Positions 11,698 through 24,723 of a stretch of DNA of 53,743 bases are shown here, piece after piece (positions within the stretch are counted from its first letter, which is position 1; each line of letters opens with the position of its first letter). The translations under genes were made by a program, and so were the position numbers. Under the pieces are notes generated by a model. It had not been told where the DNA came from. It did not search any database and saw nothing but the letters and a program-made list of their open reading frames with translations. The stretch is from assembly GCF_006345805.1 (NCBI RefSeq), contig NW_021833880.1, positions 1 through 53,743 on the forward strand, read 5' to 3'. Origin of the DNA: Octopus sinensis. Taxonomy: Eukaryota.

Positions 11698-11773
<76 letters not shown>

Positions 11774-11989
11774 TAATATATATATGTTATATGTAATAAA
11801 TAGGTCTGGGTGTAAAACTTGTAATTGTTTTTATTTTTCATTCCCTTCAAAATTGCTCTTAACTGTACACCTGTGCTGGAATTGTCGCTTTTAGGGAAGG
11901 AGTGAGCTAATGTGAAACATGAACATTTGGTCACCATAAACAACTCTTTTGTGCAGGTTATTCAGCAAGAAATTGCAGAACCGTCTTTC

Positions 11990-12190
11990 ACTCGAACATG
12001 AGAGGCTAGTACGAAAAACGCCGATTAAAAATCGATTTTTAAAAAATTCCAAGTGCGTAAGCGACCACATGGACATAAGCCCCCCCACCCCCACCCCACG
12101 TGTCAAGTTTCATCAATGTCTGTTGGATAGTCTCGGAGGAGTTAAAGTAACAAATTCTCAAACACACAAACTTGCCATTTATTATTATAG
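11990..12190 (+). mobile_element. Possible Helentron/HINE-like non-autonomous fragment
   Basis: GTCAAGTTTCATCAATGTCTG...ACACACAAACTTGCCATTTATTATTATAG resembles, from memory, Helentron-type 3' ends. Confidence 0.3.
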
Positions 12191-12195
12191 CTGAC

Positions 12196-12590
12196 GAGGG
12201 CGGCGAGCTGGCAGAAACGTTAGCAACGCCGGCCGAAATGCGTAGCGGTATTTCGTCTGCCGTTACGTTCTGAGTTCAAATTCCGCCGAGGTCGACTTTG
12301 CTTTTCATCCTTTCGGGGTCGATTAGATAAGTACCAGTTACGCACTGGGGTCGATATAACCGACTTAATCCGTTTGTCTGTCCTTGTTTGTCCCCTCTAT
12401 GTTTAGCTCCTTGTGGGTAATAAAGAAATAGGTATTTCGTCTGTCTTTACCTTCTGAGTTCAAATTCCGCCTAGGTCTACTTTACCTTTCGGGGTCGATA
12501 AATTAAGTACCAGTTGCGCACTAGAGGTGATCTAATCGACTGACCTTTTCTCCCAAAATTTCGGGCCTTGTTCCTAGAGTAGAACCGATT
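12196..12590 (+). mobile_element. Family A SINE dimer
   Basis: Full unit followed by a 5'-truncated unit joined at AAAGAAATA|GGTATTTCGTCTG. Confidence 0.9.
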
Positions 12591-13263
12591 ATTATAACTG
12601 ATGTCTTTTTCATATGTCTATATATATATCTTAGCTTATCTGGTTTTAATATGCCGTCTTCATTCTGGTCATACTATTGTTTTTGGTGTACTCTCATCTC
12701 TATATTTTCTCGCTACTGGCTTTCTTGGTGTCTTACTTTACTGCGAAAGTTTTATCTTAAGCAAGATTTACTCTTTACTGTCAATGTTTAAGATTATGTA
12801 ATGTCTTTTTTTTTCTGTTGCATTCAATTAGATTGGTTATCGTATTATCGTCCTGGTGCGTTTGAGTTGTTGTTTACACACCCTGGTATGGTGTCTTGAA
12901 GAGCTATATGAAAAGACACACATATACACATACATTGTATACGTATATACATAACTATATATAGATGTATGCGTGCATGTGTGAGTGTGCGCCTATCTGT
13001 ATGTGTGTGTAGCTGATCGAGAGACCACACACACATATATATTGCTCATTAAGGAACCATGTATGTAAGAAAATATTTATATTTATACATATATATTTCT
13101 ATGGGTGTGTATGCATATATATATATATGATATATATATATATATTATATATATATATATTATATATATATAATATAACAATTTGTATATAGACATACAT
13201 ACCTTTGTATATATATATACTGTACATATATATATATATGTTTATACATACATACATATAATA

Positions 13264-13298
<35 letters not shown>

Positions 13299-13377
13299 AT
13301 ATTGTGTGCGTGTGTGTGTGTGTATGTGTGTGTGTGTGTGTGTGTATACCACGCAGCACATCAAGGCACTATATATG

Positions 13378-13425
<48 letters not shown>

Positions 13426-13469
13426 CGTATATACATTCAATCACACACACACACAAACACATATTTCTT

Positions 13470-13885
13470 GTGTTATTGTCATTAATGGATCTGTATCTTC
13501 CAGATACGCTTTCCCCCGACGTCTCTTTACTAATACAAACACCAATAAATGTTCCTGGCTACCTAAAGCTACTTTTAATAAACTTGCTTTTCTCGTTTCT
13601 TATATCAGTCGCTCTTGCTGCTGTTGTTCTGCCTTCATCACTAATATAGTTGTTGCTGTTGTTGCTATTGTTGTTGTTGTTGTTGTTGTTGTTGCTGCTG
13701 CTGCAGGTTATCTCCAGTTGCGTAACGACCAAACTCCATCCACACGTTCTCCGTATTTTTGGCTTGGTCTGTCATTTAAATTTTCTTTTTTAGTTTCAGT
13801 TCATTTCTAAACTCAACATATGTCAGCTTTTTTTTTTTCTTTGAAAGATGATGTAATTTGTAAGTTCTGTAAAACTAGCTTCTAT

Positions 13886-13924
<39 letters not shown>

Positions 13925-14115
13925 TAAATGTTTTCTTTTATTATCCATTTCTGTGAAAGCCATCCCAGATTGTCAAACTGATAAACGTTCAAATTCTGTG
14001 TTGTTTCTTTCATGGACAACTGACAGCATGGAAAGGTTTTGACATCGACTTCTTGTCTTTCGATCGTTATTACATCTCACACTCTGTATATAGTTTAGTT
14101 AGTTTTTTTTTCTCT
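13470..14115 (-). repeat. Local non-coding module, copy 4 (core 13703-13726)
   Basis: Colinear with 1340-1935; core GCAGGTTATCTCCAGTTGCGTAAC. Confidence 0.8.
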
Positions 14116-14124
14116 AAAAATTTG

Positions 14125-14141
14125 TCTTGTATGTATGTATG

Positions 14142-14175
<34 letters not shown>

Positions 14176-14317
14176 TGTATGTATATGTAATGTATGTATG
14201 TATGTATATAGTATGTATATATGTATGTTGTATGTATGTATGTATGTATATGTATGATGTATTGTATGTTGTATGTATGTATATATGTTTATCATTTATG
14301 TATGTATGTATGTATGT

Positions 14318-14349
<32 letters not shown>

Positions 14350-14387
14350 TATATGTATGTATGTATGTATGTATGCATGTATGTATG

Positions 14388-14421
<34 letters not shown>

Positions 14422-14448
14422 GTATGTATGTATGTAGTTGTATGTATG

Positions 14449-14482
<34 letters not shown>

Positions 14483-14525
14483 TATATGTATGTATGATAT
14501 GTATGTATGTATATATGTATGTATG

Positions 14526-14559
<34 letters not shown>

Positions 14560-14600
14560 TGTATGTATGTATGTATGTATGTATGTATGTATATGTATAT
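14125..14600. repeat. Long imperfect (TATG)n microsatellite
   Basis: Seen directly; it is the source of the MYVC/IHTY pseudo-ORFs. Confidence 0.95.
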
Positions 14601-15080
14601 ACGTATATATATATATACGTATTATATGCGTACAACCGTATATATGCATATGCATATATATTATTTATAGATATATAATATACACACACACACACATATA
14701 TATATCACATGTGTATATTCATATATATGTATATACAAATATATACGTATATACATTTAATATATACATATTAACATAAATGTACACTTATATATACATA
14801 TGTACACACACACACACACGCACACACACACACACACACACATATATATCGCTCTCTCACTCTCTCTCACTTTCTCTATTTATCTAGTGATTCATCTATG
14901 TGTTCGTGTGTGTGTTTATGCCTGTGTGAGTGTGTGTTTGCATGTCAGAACGTACACACATTCACACATGGTGTTTCGCTCATGGACAGATATATTGACA
15001 TACATACAAAATGTACAGTAGCTTACAGTTGTACATAGATACATGCATGCATATATGTATATATATATATGTGTATCTAC

Positions 15081-15159
<79 letters not shown>

Positions 15160-15589
15160 TGTATTGATTCACGAGTGCAAGGCTTGAAGATACAAAAATA
15201 AAGTATTCGATACTTCAGGAATTATTATTTTCACAAGCGGTATTTCGTCTGTCTTTATGTTCTGAGTTCTGAGGTCGATTTTGCCCGGCTTTCCCGGGAA
15301 TTACCGGGTACGTCAGCTCCTATGTAATATCTAAAGCGGTGATTTGACAAAATCGTTAGCACACCGGGCAAAATACTTACGTTCAAATTCCGCTGGCGCC
15401 GACCTTTTGCTTCATTCTTTCGGAGTCGATAAAATAAGCAACATTTGACACTGGGTCGATGTATTTCACTTAAATACTTTCCTTGAAATTGCTGAACTAT
15501 GCCTTTTGAAACCAATAAATACATACATACATACATACATACATACATACATACATACATACAGACAGACAGACAGACAGACATGTGTG

Positions 15590-15633
<44 letters not shown>

Positions 15634-15682
15634 TAGATGTGTGTATACATACATATCTACATCCACACACACACACACACAT

Positions 15683-15732
<50 letters not shown>

Positions 15733-15943
15733 AATGATAAATATCAAAGTGAGTTATATACAGTAGCGGTAACACATCGTGACGTATTTTTGCCATTTCA
15801 ATATGGCTAACCCCTAAGGGTGGATGCTACTGTAGTTTTTAGCCCCAGGAGGACACACTCCTCCAGCTGGCCATAGACACACTTTCTGTGTCCTGTCAGT
15901 ATTTGCAAAGGGAAGTCATCCTTCCCGTCTTCAACTTATGATA

Positions 15944-15988
15944 CACACGGACTCGAGTTTCGAGGTATTGACCTCTCGTCAGCGTGTG
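15944..15988 (-). ncRNA. Intact minimal type I hammerhead ribozyme
   Basis: CACACG-CTGACGA-GAGGT-CAAT-ACCTC-GAAAC-TCGA-GTC-CGTGTG: 6-bp stem I, 5-bp stem II, palindromic ACTCGAGT stem III. Predicted GUC cut between 15950 and 15949. Confidence 0.9.
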
Positions 15989-16255
15989 ACAATCATAGTT
16001 GTCGGCGAGAATTAGATTTCCTTCACAAATACTTATACTTTTTCCAGCGTCCTCTGTATATTTGTCTTGCTCGCTTACGTTCTGCCGTTTGCTAAATTTT
16101 GTTGAGAACATTCCTTTCTTAATGGTAAGACTGTAGTGGGTCGACTTCCAGCAAAAGAGATGTCCACTTAGTGGCCATCCCGCTTATTGTATGTAATATA
16201 TATATATATATTGTATATATAATATATAATATATATATATATAATTAGAATAATA

Positions 16256-16314
<59 letters not shown>

Positions 16315-16717
16315 GTATATATATGTATATATATATATATGTGTGTGTTATATATATATATATGTATGTATGTTGTATGTATGTATATATTACGTCAGGG
16401 TACAATATGCTCTTGTTGGCTTGAAAGAGGTGTTAAAACTCTCCAAAACCACTCATCCCTCTCTATGTTTAAACACGCACGGAGAATATAGCAAGTATAA
16501 ATTTAAAATTCTAGTATGCTATCATTATCTATAAAAAATAATGATAAAGTGGTCAGCAAGCATCATCCAAATATGCAAAATATACAATAAAACGTCAGGG
16601 TACGTTTAGAAACGATGCACAATATCAGAATTTTCGTCTCGAGTTAAATATAACAAGCCACTCCAAATCCTTGTAAGAGGATCCGCGGAAATAGGGTTAT
16701 AATAAATTACGCATTCT

Positions 16718-17115
16718 TTTCTACTCTAGGCACACAAGGACCGAAATTTTGGGGGATGGAACCAGTCGATTGGATCGACCCCAGTACGCATCTGGTACTT
16801 AAGTTATCGTCTCCGAAAGGATGAAAGGCAAAGACGACCTCGGCGGAATTTGAACTCAGAACGTAAAGACAGACGAAATACCTATTTCTTTACTACCCAC
16901 AAGGGGCTAAACACAGAGAGGACAAACAATGACAGACAAACGGATTAAGTCGTTTAGATCGACCCCAGTGCGTAACTGGTACTTATTTAATCGACCCCCG
17001 AAAGGATGAAAGGCAAAGTCGACCTCGGCGGAATTTGAACTCAGAACGTAACGGCAGGCGAAATACCGCTAAGCATTTCGCCCGGCGTGCTAACGTTTCT
17101 GCCAGCTCGCCGACT
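16718..17115 (-). mobile_element. Family A SINE dimer
   Basis: Same family; the same junction occurs near 16880 on the reverse strand. Confidence 0.9.
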
Positions 17116-17401
17116 TAATAAGCTATTATAATGAAGCGGAAATAAGTTATAATAATTATTTCAAATTTTTACCATAAGGGCAGTTTGGAGGAAGCGGGGA
17201 AGAGTCGGTTACATCGACCCCGGGGTTTAACTGGTACTTATTTTATAGATATATTATTTAGGGAAAGCAACAAAAAGAGTACAGTAGAATTGCAGTCGCA
17301 CGTATGAAGCCCACATTGTTGTCCGTTCCCCATCAGTTGCAGGCGGTTTTTTAATCATACAAGAATTAATGTTCATGCAGATATCGATCTGTCTGTCTTC
17401 G

Positions 17402-17506
<105 letters not shown>

Positions 17507-17784
17507 CCTATCTATCTATCTATCCATCCATCTATCTATGTGTTCGTATGTGTGTGTCAGAAGCCACACACATAAACATTCATACACACACACACACACA
17601 CACACGCTCGCTTGCACGCACATATCGATATACATACAAAAAGTACATAAGCTTACAGTTTTATATATTAAAAGAACGTATTTATATATGTATTCATGTA
17701 TGTATGTGTACATATATACGCATACATACACACATGCACATTCATACATACATATTTCCATACATACATATGTATACATGCATG

Positions 17785-17815
<31 letters not shown>

Positions 17816-18319
17816 TTACATACAGATATATACATACATATTTACATACATACATATGTATATACATGCATGCATATATACACATATATACATACATATT
17901 ATACGTATGTGTACATGTATTCCGTCTGCTGATATGGTTGTATTCAATAACAAGGATATTCACTATATCCATCCCTGGGGAGTCTTTCCTACGGATGGCA
18001 TTTTTACATTATTCTGGTAACAACGTATCCCAATGGGAGCTAGTATCTAGATGACATTTTAGGGCAGCTGTTAATTACAAGTCTAAATTTCCCCCAAAAG
18101 TCTGACATCAACGAAATTTTCCGTTGAATCGAGGCCGTCTAAAAGATTCACTGTCTCTTGTTCCTTAATTGCTTAACATAACCTTCGGAAAGGGATAAAA
18201 TTTAACGGTCACGAGAAGAAGCGAGTTTATGCGCCATTCTAATTTTGGTACGACGCCAGCAAGTTTGAAGAAGCTGGCAAGTTGGTTATATGGACCCCAG
18301 TACATAACTGATATTTTGG

Positions 18320-18540
18320 CAGAAACGTTAGCACGCCAGGCAAATTGTCTAGCGGTATTTCGTCTGCCGTTACGTTCTGAGTTCAAATTCCGCCGAGGTC
18401 GACTTTGCCTTTCATCCTTTCGGGGTCGATTAAATAAGTACCAGTTACGCACTGGGGTCGATATAATCGACTTAATCCGTTTATCTGTCTTTGTTTGTCC
18501 TCTCTGTGTTTAGCTCCTTGTGGGTAGTAAAGAAATAGAT
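18320..18540 (+). mobile_element. Family A SINE
   Basis: GGCAGAAACGTTAGCACGCC...GTAGTAAAGAAATAG. Confidence 0.9.
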
Positions 18541-18920
18541 ATTTATTATATCCTCCTTGAAAGGAGGAAATGCTGAACCTACCCCCGCGTGTACTCCAGC
18601 GTGATTAGAACTTAGGACGTTAAGAGCCGGAAGAATACCACTAAGGGTTTTGTTCGATGCGCTAACGATTCTGCCAATCGTCGCTTTACTTCATATTAAT
18701 AATTTTGGCAGAAGGTCAGCAGTTTTAGTGGAAGGGACAAGTCGATTATATCGACCCCAGTATTTGACTGGTACTAATTTTATCGACTCTGAAATCATTT
18801 TGTTCGACGCGCTAACGATTCGACTAGCTTTCCGCTCTATTTCACATTATCCTCAAACTTATGAGAGAAATCGAACGCATAACGTTACGTTTGCAGAATG
18901 CTTCACTTCCAGGTTTTTGT

Positions 18921-18943
18921 TGAGGTACGCAAATCATACAGTT
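18921..18943 (-). promoter_or_regulatory. Candidate let-7 complementary site
   Basis: Minus-strand AACUGUAUGAUUUGCGUACCUCA pairs all 22 nt of let-7 (UGAGGUAGUAGGUUGUAUAGUU): Watson-Crick at nt 1-7, one bulged G and six G:U pairs. Confidence 0.55.
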
Positions 18944-19015
18944 CAGAGGTCACATGGACGGTCATGGAGATGTGAATAGTTCTTGAGGCATTCACTATCG
19001 ACTTGTAGGATATTG

Positions 19016-19106
19016 TTATCTTATCTTTTGGGTACTTTGTTGTTGTATTATCTTATTGTTGTGCAGAGTCGAATATCCAATGTTTTGAACATTATCCTTC
19101 TTCAGG
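19016..19106 (-). other. Candidate terminal exon, coding part (LKKDNVQNIGYSTLHNNKIIQQQSTQKIR*)
   Basis: A ~35-nt polypyrimidine tract and TAG acceptor precede 19106; no strong donor was seen downstream; the let-7 site lies ~70 nt after the stop. Confidence 0.35.
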
Positions 19107-19940
19107 CTAAAGAGGACAAATAGAGAAATAAAAAAGAAAAAGAGCAGAGTTTTACATCCTCTGTGATTGAGGAACTGCGAGCAACTACTGGGGAACGGAC
19201 GACGATGTATGCTTCATATATATGAAGGCAGTTTTACTGTACTCTTCCTGTTGCTTTTCCCAAATAATATGAGTTTTCTTTTTGGATTTCGTTCAGTCTG
19301 ATGTATTTTTTTGGTGAATCATCTTTGCTTTTCTTTAGCAGATACTGCGTGAGAAATACAAAGAGAATCACAAAAACTGTTTGCATTGATCTTAAGCAAT
19401 TTTTCTACTCTTTTGTTTTTTGAGAGGCGTCTGCCAATATCACGTGTCTGTTGAATCAACTATTTGATATCAGGATCTCGTGCGCTTTAATAATATCTAT
19501 GGTGCAGATTTCCTTTATATACCACTCAAATATCGCAAATATTGTTATCAGTAGTGATGCTGTAAATGTCTTATGAAAAGGAAAGATACGATTACCATAT
19601 TTTAAAGAGCATTGTAAAATATTCTTCAGTCACTTTTCCTGTTCGCAGTGAGGGTCTTGGTGTAAGAGACAAGATACGATTGTTACTTTTAAAATATCTA
19701 ATAAAGAATTCTTTCGTCACTCTGTTCGATACATTTATATATCTTTTCGCAAAACAGAGGTATTTCCAGCACCAATTTTGAGAGAGAGAGAGAGGGAGAG
19801 AGAGAGAAACAGAGAGAGGAGAGTGAGAAAGAGGGAGAAGGAGAGACAAAAGAGAGATTGAGAGAGAGTGAGCATTTGGATCGGGAAACAAATTTTACGC
19901 ATTTAATCTTCACATTTCATCTACTGGAAGAGAAGCAGAG

Positions 19941-19991
<51 letters not shown>

Positions 19992-20147
19992 ATGTGTTAT
20001 TGTATAAAACTACCTTTGGATGGTTCGTTGTTCTATCTATCTATCTATCTATCTCTTTTTTCTTTTTTCTTTGCTTGCCAAAAAGAAAAGCTCTACTTGG
20101 TATTTTATCCTCACTGTGTTCAGCCCTGTGTGGCTAATAAGGAAACA

Positions 20148-20243
<96 letters not shown>

Positions 20244-20323
20244 CTTATCCCTCTCAATCTTTCTCTTCGCTTTCCCCGTTCCCACATCTTACTACTTGCT
20301 TCTCTCCTTTTCTCAGAGTCTCG

Positions 20324-20383
<60 letters not shown>

Positions 20384-20688
20384 ATCGTTGTTTTTATGTT
20401 TTTTTATTTATTACAAAGCACGTGGTATTTATATAATAATATCGTTCTTTTTTTTCAGTACAAATCACATGAATTTATATAATAAATCTATTAGCACTAA
20501 AACACGGGGACGGACTTCAATGTAAACAGAATAATAAGACATAAACAGTAATTTTTAAACACTTAAGACATACCAAAACAAAAAAACAAATAAAATAAAC
20601 TTTAAAGGAAGCCAAATTCTAAATGAGCACCTACTGCGAAATTCCTGATCACAAACCCAGTGTCAGATTCCAGAGGCTGAACCCTTAC

Positions 20689-20707
20689 CCTGACAAAAAG
20701 ATGTTCT
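20689..20707 (-). other. Candidate 19-nt microexon
   Basis: ttttattttttaaaacag|AGAACATCTTTTTGTCAGG|gtaagg. Confidence 0.3.
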
Positions 20708-20902
20708 CTGTTTTAAAAAATAAAATGGTTTTTTTTTGGTCTATATTTGATTTTTGTTTAATATATTTTTCAGATTTTAAACATGTATTTGTGCATGTTT
20801 CACCCCCTCTCTCGCTCTTTCTATCTCTTTGTGTCTGTCTGTCTGTCTTTTTCTGTGCTTGTCTCTCTGCATGTGTTTATAAGAAACGGGTAAATTGAGT
20901 GG

Positions 20903-21300
20903 CAGGGCGGTGAGCTGGCAGAATCGTTAGCACGCCGGGCGAAATGCTTAGCGGTATTTCGTCTGCCGCTACGTTCTGAGTTCAAATTCCGCCGAGGTCG
21001 ACTTTGCCTTTCATTCTTTCGGGGTCGATTAAATAAGTACCAGTTACGCACTGAGGTCGATATCATCGACTTAATCCGCTTGTCTGTCCTTATTTGTCCT
21101 CTCTGTGCTTAGCCCCTTGTGGGTAGTAAAGAAATAGGTTTTTCGTCTGTCTTTTTGTTCTGAGTTCAAATTCCGCCGAGGTCGACTTTGCCTTTCATCC
21201 TTTCGGGGTCGATAAATTAGGTTCCAGTTGCGTACTGGGGTCAATCAATCGACTGGCCCCCTCCCCAAAAATTTCGGGCTTTGTGCCTTGAGTAGAAAAG
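20903..21300 (+). mobile_element. Family A SINE dimer
   Basis: Junction GTAAAGAAATA|GGTTTTTCGTCTG near 21135. Confidence 0.9.
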
Positions 21301-21469
21301 AAAGAGGTAGAATGAGTGCGCGCTTGTGTGTGTATGTATGAAACAGAGAAAGGGAGGAAAGGAGAGGAGCTTGAAGGTGAAGGTGAGAGGGAGTGAGAGA
21401 GAGAGAGAGAGAGAGGAGAAAGAGAGGGTGTAATTGAAAGAGGTAGTAAGAGAACGAGAAAGTGCAAAG

Positions 21470-22960
21470 TTTTCGACCTCATAAGAGCATTAAGCGTAGA
21501 AGTTTTCAAGCAATTTCGATTCTTAATTTTGACATTGTGGAAAACAGAGAAAATTCTTTCTGACGTTGCAGAGGAATGTGGTAAAGAAAGAAGACTGAGC
21601 ATAAAAGATGACAAGAGAAATGTGGTGATGATCACCACATTTCTCTTGTGAAACAGCAAACCCAAATTTTTCTGACTCGTTATACGGGATGAAAGGACAA
21701 TCTTGAACCGTCCAGTCGTGCCATTCCAGAATAATTTCTTCGAAATCTTTTTCATCACAAAGACTGGGGAATCGCATAATAAGTGGTATAATTGACCTTA
21801 GCCTTCCTTCAGTTACGTTGGTTGGTTCCAACGCCTCTAGTAATCCCAAATTGTTCTGCATATCGCAAGACTAAAACCGTACAAGGATTTGATATGAAAG
21901 ACTATCAAAGAATCGTAGTATATTCTGTCGGAGTCCCCAATTCATCAGGGGCAATGGTGATAGCATTTTCGTATAAAATTCTCTCAGCTACAGCCCCAAA
22001 GTAGATACAGTTTAATGGTTGGTGTGTCGTTGCATCGTTGAGATTAATCTCACACATATTGATGACAGATTTGATGAAATTGCTCAAAATTCCCTTCATT
22101 CCAGCGTTGATGGCTCTTTTAAGCTTATGCATCCGATATGCTTCGGCCTGGAATTCCAGATTAAGTTTGTTAACGTCGTTTAAAATGAAATAGAGAAATG
22201 GTAAATACATCTTTGTAAGAGGATTCTTCATTTCAGTGAGGATTCATCGAGCCGTAATTGGACACCCACCTTCTAATGTTGCATGTGTGAAATATGGCAG
22301 CAGTGTTGGCCACTGCTCTGAAATGCGCTGCACAACTTGCTTGAGATACAGTCATCTAGTGCAACTTGCATGCAGGATTTTGTGAGGATCAACTGAAGTT
22401 ATTTTCTGCAGATCTTTGAATTCATTGATACGCTCAGGATTGTGACTGAAGTATGCATAAATACTTCTTGTCATGTCTTCGACAGAATTCGGTAATTCCT
22501 TGCACGCGTTTGGTGAACATACGTGTAAAGAATGATAAACACAGGCTTGAACACAAAGATCTGGCCTGTTCTGCTTCAACACAGGCGAAACCTATCAAAT
22601 TTTCCAGAGGAATAGTGTGCTCGTTTAAAAGTGATAGAAGACAGTTGTATATACCCATAGCACTGCAATCTTGTATTTCTATAAATGTAAGAAAATCGTC
22701 GACTGTCATAATATCTGGAAACCAGGACAGGTTGTTTTAGTGTTGAAACATCAGTTGTTTCATCAATAACGAAAGAGAATTTTGTTGAATGATGTTTTGT
22801 TTTTAATAAAGCGTTGAATCTGTAGGGGCCAATGGCTTTAAGAAAGATGTATGTGCCTATCGTTCGGGCACACTTTGCATCCTTGTCGGTTATTTTTGAC
22901 AAAGCTGTGGGGAAGGCAGATCTTCCAGGAGAAAGATAATCTTAAATAAAACTTGCAGTC
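21470..22960 (-). pseudogene. hAT-superfamily transposase relic, frameshifted
   Basis: Successive frames give KCARTIG..FSFVIDETTDVST..; C-x2-H-like CVYHSLHVC; TKMYLPFLYFILNDVNKLNLEFQ; and the C-terminal dimerisation motif LSLPHSSATSERIFSVFHNVKIKNRNCL. Confidence 0.9.
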
Positions 22961-23130
22961 AGAAATAGTTACCAGTCATCTTGCTGTGCTTGTCACTGGA
23001 ACCTACTATAGCAACACAGAGTGTGGCAAAAGTGTTGTCTAAGCTTTAGTCACTGAGATCCAGTGACGTACATATGTCTTTCTATCGCTTCATTTCTTGA
23101 TCTGTTTTGAATTTTATTAAGTCCTTTGGC

Positions 23131-23354
23131 GATGGATGCGTGGCGATGGATGCGTGGCGATGGGTGCGTGGCGATGGATGCGTGGCGATGGGTGCGTGGC
23201 GATGGATGCGTGGCGATGGGTGCGTGGCGATGGATGCGTGGCGATGGGTGCGTGGCGATGGATGCGTGGCGATGGATGCGTGGCGATGGGTGCGTGGCGA
23301 TGGATGCGTGGCGATGGATGCGTGGCGATGGGTGCGTGGCGATGGATGCGTGGC
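23131..23354 (+). repeat. 14-bp minisatellite, 16 copies of GATGG(A/G)TGCGTGGC
   Basis: Counted directly; only position 6 varies. Confidence 0.95.
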
Positions 23355-23722
23355 GATGTGCAATGTCATATCCTCGCACATTCAAGGATGAAAGTAAATG
23401 AGAACAACTGGGCCGAATGTGAGATGCTATCAACTGTCAGGATGAAGCAATGGTAATATAGCATCTACATGCATAAATGTTTACAAAGAAATGTCCAAGT
23501 GGTCAGGACGTTGAGCTCACGATCATTTGGTTGTGGGTTCGACTCCTTGGCGAAGGGAGTTTCCTTCACGCTGTTCCAGTTTGCTCTTCTGAAAATGAGT
23601 ATCAGCTGTCGCATAGCGGTGATGTACTGGGCCACGAATAAGAAAGACGAGAAGGTGTCTGTGGTTGTTCATGAATAGATAGGCACCGAAAACAATTTTT
23701 GAAACTACGGTAGATGATGCAA

Positions 23723-24112
23723 AGTGGAGGCGCAATGGCCCAGTGGTTAGGGCAGCGGACTCGCGGTCGTAGGATCGCGGTTTCGATTCCCAGACGGGCG
23801 TTGTGAGTTGTGGTGTTTATTGAGCGAAAACACCTCTAAAAGCTCCACGAGGCTCCGGCAGGGGATGGTGGTGATCCCTGCTGTACTCTTTCACCACAAA
23901 TTTCTCTCACTCTTATTTCCTGTTTCTGTTGTACCTGTATTTCAAAGGGCCGGCCTTGTCACTCTCTGTGTCACGCTGAATATCCCCGAGAACTACGTTA
24001 AGGGTATACGTGTCTGTGGAGTGCTCAGCCACTTACACGTTAATTTCACGAGCAGGCTGTTCCGTTGATTCGGATCAACCGGAACCCTCGTCGTCGTAAC
24101 CGACGGAGTGCT
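23723..24112 (+). mobile_element. tRNA-Arg-like SINE, full length (family C)
   Basis: GTGGAGGCGCAATGGCCCAGTGGTTAGGGCAGCGGACTCGCGG...GTTTCGATTCCC. Other copies at 44612-44770(-), 46880-47050(+) and 53218-53600(-). Confidence 0.9.
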
Positions 24113-24131
24113 TCCCTATCTATCTATCTAC

Positions 24132-24218
<87 letters not shown>

Positions 24219-24230
24219 ATACTATCTATC

Positions 24231-24261
<31 letters not shown>

Positions 24262-24690
24262 TTAGATAGATTTATGTATATATAATATATATATATATTT
24301 CTGTATGTATGTTGGGGACTGTATATTGATACGTTCTGTATATTTTTGGATACATACATATATACAGGCCATGTTTACTGATTGAATTCGAGTGACAGAA
24401 AGGATGTACAAACACACAACACACACATAAACACACATAAACACACATCTATGTTCTGTATCTAGATACATGTATATATATATATCCTGTGTATGTATAG
24501 GGAGCACGATCGGTTTTTCTTCTAAAGAATACATTCACTATAAAGCATAAACATCGGATTTCCACCCAAAAGTCACTTTCTGCCTCTCATATAAACACAC
24601 TTCAAAACTGAATAACTTGAGACAAGACTTTCTTACATTCAACACAAAGAACATATTTCTAGGGAAGGCTTGCCATATACATACATACAA

Positions 24691-24723
<33 letters not shown>

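Noticed and set aside
12190-12235. CTGACGA...GAAAC spanning a SINE start
   Set aside because: Chance juxtaposition at an insertion junction; there is no NUH triplet in register and no stem I.
18890-18990. A let-7-family miRNA gene on the plus strand
   Set aside because: Neither flank forms a convincing star arm, so there is no pre-miRNA hairpin; the target-site reading fits better.
23131-23354. CRISPR-like array
   Set aside because: Contiguous 14-bp units with no unique spacers, eukaryotic context and no cas genes. The SINE multimers likewise have no spacers.
23723-23800. Functional tRNA genes here and at 4510, 6775, 46880 and 53530
   Set aside because: A and B boxes are present, but acceptor stems are missing and the sequence runs on into SINE bodies.
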